Source: Girardia tigrina (taxonomy: Eukaryota). From it: a stretch of DNA of 54,258 nt. Location of the stretch: contig MQRK01203540.1 of assembly GCA_001938485.1 (NCBI GenBank), positions 18,914 through 73,171 of the forward strand, in the 5' to 3' direction. Positions 50,298 to 54,258 of the stretch are shown piece by piece (position 1 is the stretch's first letter; every line of letters starts with the position of its first letter). A program made the translations under genes and the position numbers. The notes beneath the pieces were generated by a model. That model was not told where the DNA came from and searched no databases. It worked only from the letters and a program-made list of their open reading frames with translations.

Positions 50298-52618
50298 TTA
50301 AGTTGGGGAAAAATAAATCCATTATTTTGGCGTGAAATTCAAAACTTTATTTAACATGTTTCAGATTGTCCTCTTGGAGTCGAATATGCACCGTTTTGTT
50401 GTATAACTAGTTGCCAGTTTGAAGGTAGCTTCATAATGCCTCTCTCGTAGAAGTCTTGGTCCTTATTGGCGAAAAACTGTAGTAATCGATTTTCACAATG
50501 TTCTATTGATCCCAATTTCTTATCACTCAGGAAATTTTGCAATGCGAGAAAAAGGTGGTAATCGCTTGGTGTCAGGTCCGGACAAGATGGGGGATGCATT
50601 AAAACTTCCCATCCAAGCACCCTGAGTTTCTGGCGAGTCTATACAGACGTATGTGGTCTGGCGTTGTCGTGATGGAACACAACACCTCTTCTGTTGGCCA
50701 ATTCTGGTCGTTTCTCATCACTTGCTATCTTCAAACGGTCCAGTTGTTGACAGTACAGATCTGAATTTAGTGTTTGGCCATACGGAAGCTACTCATAATA
50801 AATGATTCCTTTCCAGTCACACCAAATACACAGTAGAACCTTCCTGACCATTAGTCCTGGTTTGGCGACCGTTTGAGGTGCTTCACCGTGCTTTGACCAC
50901 GATCGTTTTCATACAATATTGTCGTATGTGACCCATTTCTCATCCCCAGTAACCATCCGTTTAAGAAATGGGTCGATTTCATTTCTTTTGGTCATGGCTT
51001 CGCAGATGGAAATTCGATCCATCATGTTTTTTGGTGTTAATTGATGTGGAACCCAAACATCAAGTTTCTTTTTGAATCCTGCTTTGCCAAAATGGTTTAA
51101 AACAGTTTTGTGGTCAATCTTCAGCTCCTGTGCGATGCTACGACTACTAACATGCCGGCCAACTTCGATCATTGCCCAGATTTTATCGACATTTTCAACG
51201 ATAGGCCTGCCTGTGCGAGGTGCATCTTTAACATCAAAAATGCCTCCACGGAATCGACGAAACCAAAATTGCGTGTAATTAGCTGTTACAATATTGGGAC
51301 TCCCCATGGATGAACTACAGTACAGAAAATATTCCAAATTACTTTATTGGATTCTTGCTCACAAGACATTATAACGAACACCAAAATTTATTTCTATAAC
51401 AATTAGAATTTTTTAAACAAATATTTTTTTGAGGAACTTTTGTATTTTCTTTTTTACACAACCAATATAAATAGAAATATGTATAAATAAAAATATTATT
51501 TGTATATTTTTTACAAATTAAAAATTTATATTTTCTTTAATAAAAATTATAGTAAATTAAAATTTTGTCACAAAAATTTTATTGCGTCTCTTATTAGTTT
51601 TTCAATTTTATAGTACATTTAAATTTAACTATTTTTCAATTACATTTTATAAAAAAAATAAAATCGCATTTTTTATTTAAGTCAATTTAAGGGTTTTCAA
51701 TTACTTTTAATTCCAATTTTTTAATTTCCAATAAAAAAATTATAATTACATTTTCCAAAAAATTATAACCACATTTTAAATTTACTTTGATTTAAAAGTT
51801 GCAAAAATTAGTTTAGTTTGCTTTTATTTCGAAAATAAAAATATCAAACTTAAATTACTTTTATTTTATTTCAAATAAATATTTTCATCAAATTTGAAAT
51901 TACTTTTTTTTATAATTCTCAATTACATTTTCCAAAATAAAATTAAAATCGTATTTTTCAATTAAGTAGATTTATTTGTTTTAAGATTATTATTTTTTTA
52001 ATTCCAATTACCATTTCCAAAACGAAATTATAATTACATTTTTAATCTACTTTGATTTAAAAGTTGCTAGAATAGTTTAGTTTACTTTTATTTCGCAAAT
52101 AAAATATCAAACTTTTTATTTTATTTCAATTAAATATTTTCATCAAATTTAAAATTAACTTTTTTTAGTTTATAATAAATCTTTACATAAATCTTTTAAT
52201 AACCCTACCGTAAAATTTATTTTATTTCTTACTTAAATTAATTTTTTACATTAAATTTCTGAAAATCTATTTTAACATATTTATAACAATATTTTATGGA
52301 ATGTAATTGTTTATCTAATAATTTCATAACATTCAAAAATTTTATTTTATGAACGTTCCCAACATACTTTATTCAACGAGTATCACAAATAGATAAACAC
52401 CATTCACAATAGCGGCCGTCTGGCTTGCATTTTCACCTTTATCGAATAAAAACTGTAAAATGTACCGAATATTTTCTTTGTTGACTTCCATTTTTAACAC
52501 CCTGTAACTCAGAACTGAATAAAAAAAGCAAATTTTTTTGTGAAATGTGACCTTGACAAAGAGCATAAATTAGAAATTGTTTGATCGATAAATAATGAAT
52601 TACTTTTCCCAAACCTAA
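50298..52618 (-). mobile_element. Near-complete mariner element (mellifera-subfamily-like), interrupted at 51296-52396
   Basis: TA-flanked TIRs; MEVNKENIRYILQF, WVPHQL, TGDEKW, HHDNARPH, HPPSCPDLTPSDY; subfamily assignment from memory. Confidence 0.95.
51349..52364. mobile_element. AT-rich insertion with 9-bp TSD and internal ~280-bp tandem duplication
   Basis: TACTTTATT at 51340-51348 and 52365-52373; about 51638-51903 repeats at about 51921-52160. Confidence 0.7.
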
Positions 52619-53500
52619 TATTATTATTGATTTTAAATGAATTGACTCTACAGTATTATTAATGATGTTATTTAAATATCTTTTATAATAACCGTTATTA
52701 CTAAGCCTATTATGGGGACTCCCCATAGATGAACTACAGTACAGAAAATATTCCAAATTACTTTATTCAACGAGTATCACAAGTAGATAACAAATAAAAC
52801 ACAAAATTACGTTAATCTCACAATGTATTTATATCGTATAATGAACAAAAAGCACAAATAGAACGGCGCGAGGATGAAAAAAACGTAAATGGGATGCGAG
52901 TTTACAGACGAGGAAATCAGCAGTAAAAGAAAGCGAAGAAAAACACTGCCAACCCCAAGAGAAATATTCCAAAAGCCTCCTCATAAAAGCCTTGCTTGCC
53001 CTCGTAATTATACATCCAAGGATAAAATAGTTCGTTCAAGCAAACATCGTAATTACAAACAACCTGTCCGACATCATCCGTGCTTTTGTTTCCGGTAATG
53101 TTTGTCGACACTAACTGGAATTCGACATACGATATAAGAGTGATATAACGTGTCTGGCTACTGGTGGAGGGAAATGTCGTAAAATCGGAAATATTTGAGA
53201 CCTCGTACCTAAAAGAATGTTGTTATTTTTTTCATGCACTATACCGAAAAATCATTTGCAAATTACGAACCTTTTGGTTACTCGAGCAATATTATGTATA
53301 TACTGATTTCTAGCCTTGCCCTGTCTTGTATAGAATATCGTCACAGTCAATCCTGTCACGATATTCAGGCAATATCCCTGCATTTGATTAGCTGGTACGT
53401 TGGCATTACTTGATATGTTACCATTAGTTATATTAGGTGTTGTACTGAAAACAAATCGTCATTGTTTTAAATGTGAATGGTCGCAGAATATATTGTTTAA

Positions 53501-53886
53501 CCCGTTGACGGACACAACAGTTACGCACATTCATATTTGGTCATACAGAGAATGTATACGTAAATAATCAAGAACAGTGACTGCTACAATCTCATCACGA
53601 AGTGATTCGGAAATCTATTAACTCTAACCAGAGTACGATTTATTTAGTAATATCAATTTGTCCATTAACATGTTAACACGATGGACACAGCGATTTATGC
53701 ACACGTGGTAAACTCGGCCAATAAATTTTCTTTTGCTAAATTTGTTAAAACTTATATTTTGTTATATTTTTGAGTAATTAATTGACATGTACAATTTTTT
53801 GTGAAAATTAAAGCCGGACCTCGATGGAAGTTCTCGCCGTTTTGACAAAAAACAGGATGCAGTGCGGTATTGTGTCCATCAACGTG
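53501..53886. mobile_element. piggyBac-type MITE
   Basis: TTAA-CCCGTTGACGGACACAA ... TTGTGTCCATCAACGTG-TTAA. Confidence 0.8.
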
Positions 53887-54149
53887 TTAATATACAGTAC
53901 AAGAAAAAATGAGTCAAGATTTAATGACAATTTATTAAATAATGTTGAAAACAAAGTAAATCATTTTATGAAATTGGAATTCGGTAAAACGCGTAAAACA
54001 TAACGACATCATCACTTGTGAGTACATTTCGAATTACGCAAGTTGGTGTAGCCCAATGATGTGTCGAATACAGTATCTACTCCCTCAACTGCCAACTCTA
54101 CCAACCGCCATTTTCTCTCAACCGCCACGATTTTATAAAATCTCATGTA

Positions 54150-54258
54150 CAGGGTGCGGCAGCTATTTGAGAACAAAATGACATAAAGTTCAAAAAATGA
54201 ATATACAACAGAAAAATAACATTTATTACAATTTAAAATTTTACATATATTAACACGT
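54150..54258. mobile_element. Probable terminus of a Tc1/mariner element running out of the window
   Basis: TA-CAGGGTGCGGC terminus typical of Tc1/maT elements. Confidence 0.45.

Larger units (their letters stand above)
49150..52800 (-). mobile_element. Penelope-like remnant interrupted by a hAT MITE and a mariner
   Basis: LSNNGYYKRYL near 52700, FKIPYP, FSNKSKT..LVYQYKC..YTGET, SSIVNH, ERTITEVLLIK are collinear across the inserts. Confidence 0.8.

Noticed and set aside
52715-52790. Helitron 5' end (A|TC on the minus strand)
   Set aside because: The sequence continues into the Penelope linker (LSNNGY) and no 3' hairpin/CTRR end is seen.
52890-53170. Possible piggyBac Cys-rich tail remnant on the minus strand
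   Set aside because: Too decayed to support a call.

Overview
AT-rich, repeat-dense animal genomic DNA from a draft assembly with several N gaps. A flatworm/planarian source is plausible but only inferred. The one clearly recognisable host gene is a two-exon Fez-family zinc-finger gene (fezf; 25176-25514 + 26314-27150; eh1 motif plus six C2H2 fingers), flanked by GC-rich putative regulatory islands. Two intact intronless ORFs sit head-to-head near the start: an atypical PIM-like kinase (3234-4037, -) and a RacGAP1-type RhoGAP lacking its arginine finger (6475-7587, +). There is also an FKBP fragment and a disabled coiled-coil gene resembling the synaptonemal-complex protein SIX6OS1. The rest is nested transposable elements: pogo/Tigger, Tc1/mariner, piggyBac, hAT, a foldback-type MULE, an RT-less Gypsy element, RTE, and five Penelope-like remnants. 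Main hunt results: (1) the Gypsy primer-binding site matches the 5'-terminal 12 nt of tRNA-Lys(UUU) instead of a tRNA 3' end; (2) a 408-bp TSD-flanked RTE-like insert begins exactly at an HDV-like ribozyme; (3) several covarying minimal hammerhead ribozymes lie in Penelope tails; (4) a Penelope copy has a twin-priming-like 5' inversion. Homology calls come from motif recognition and memory; no searches were run.
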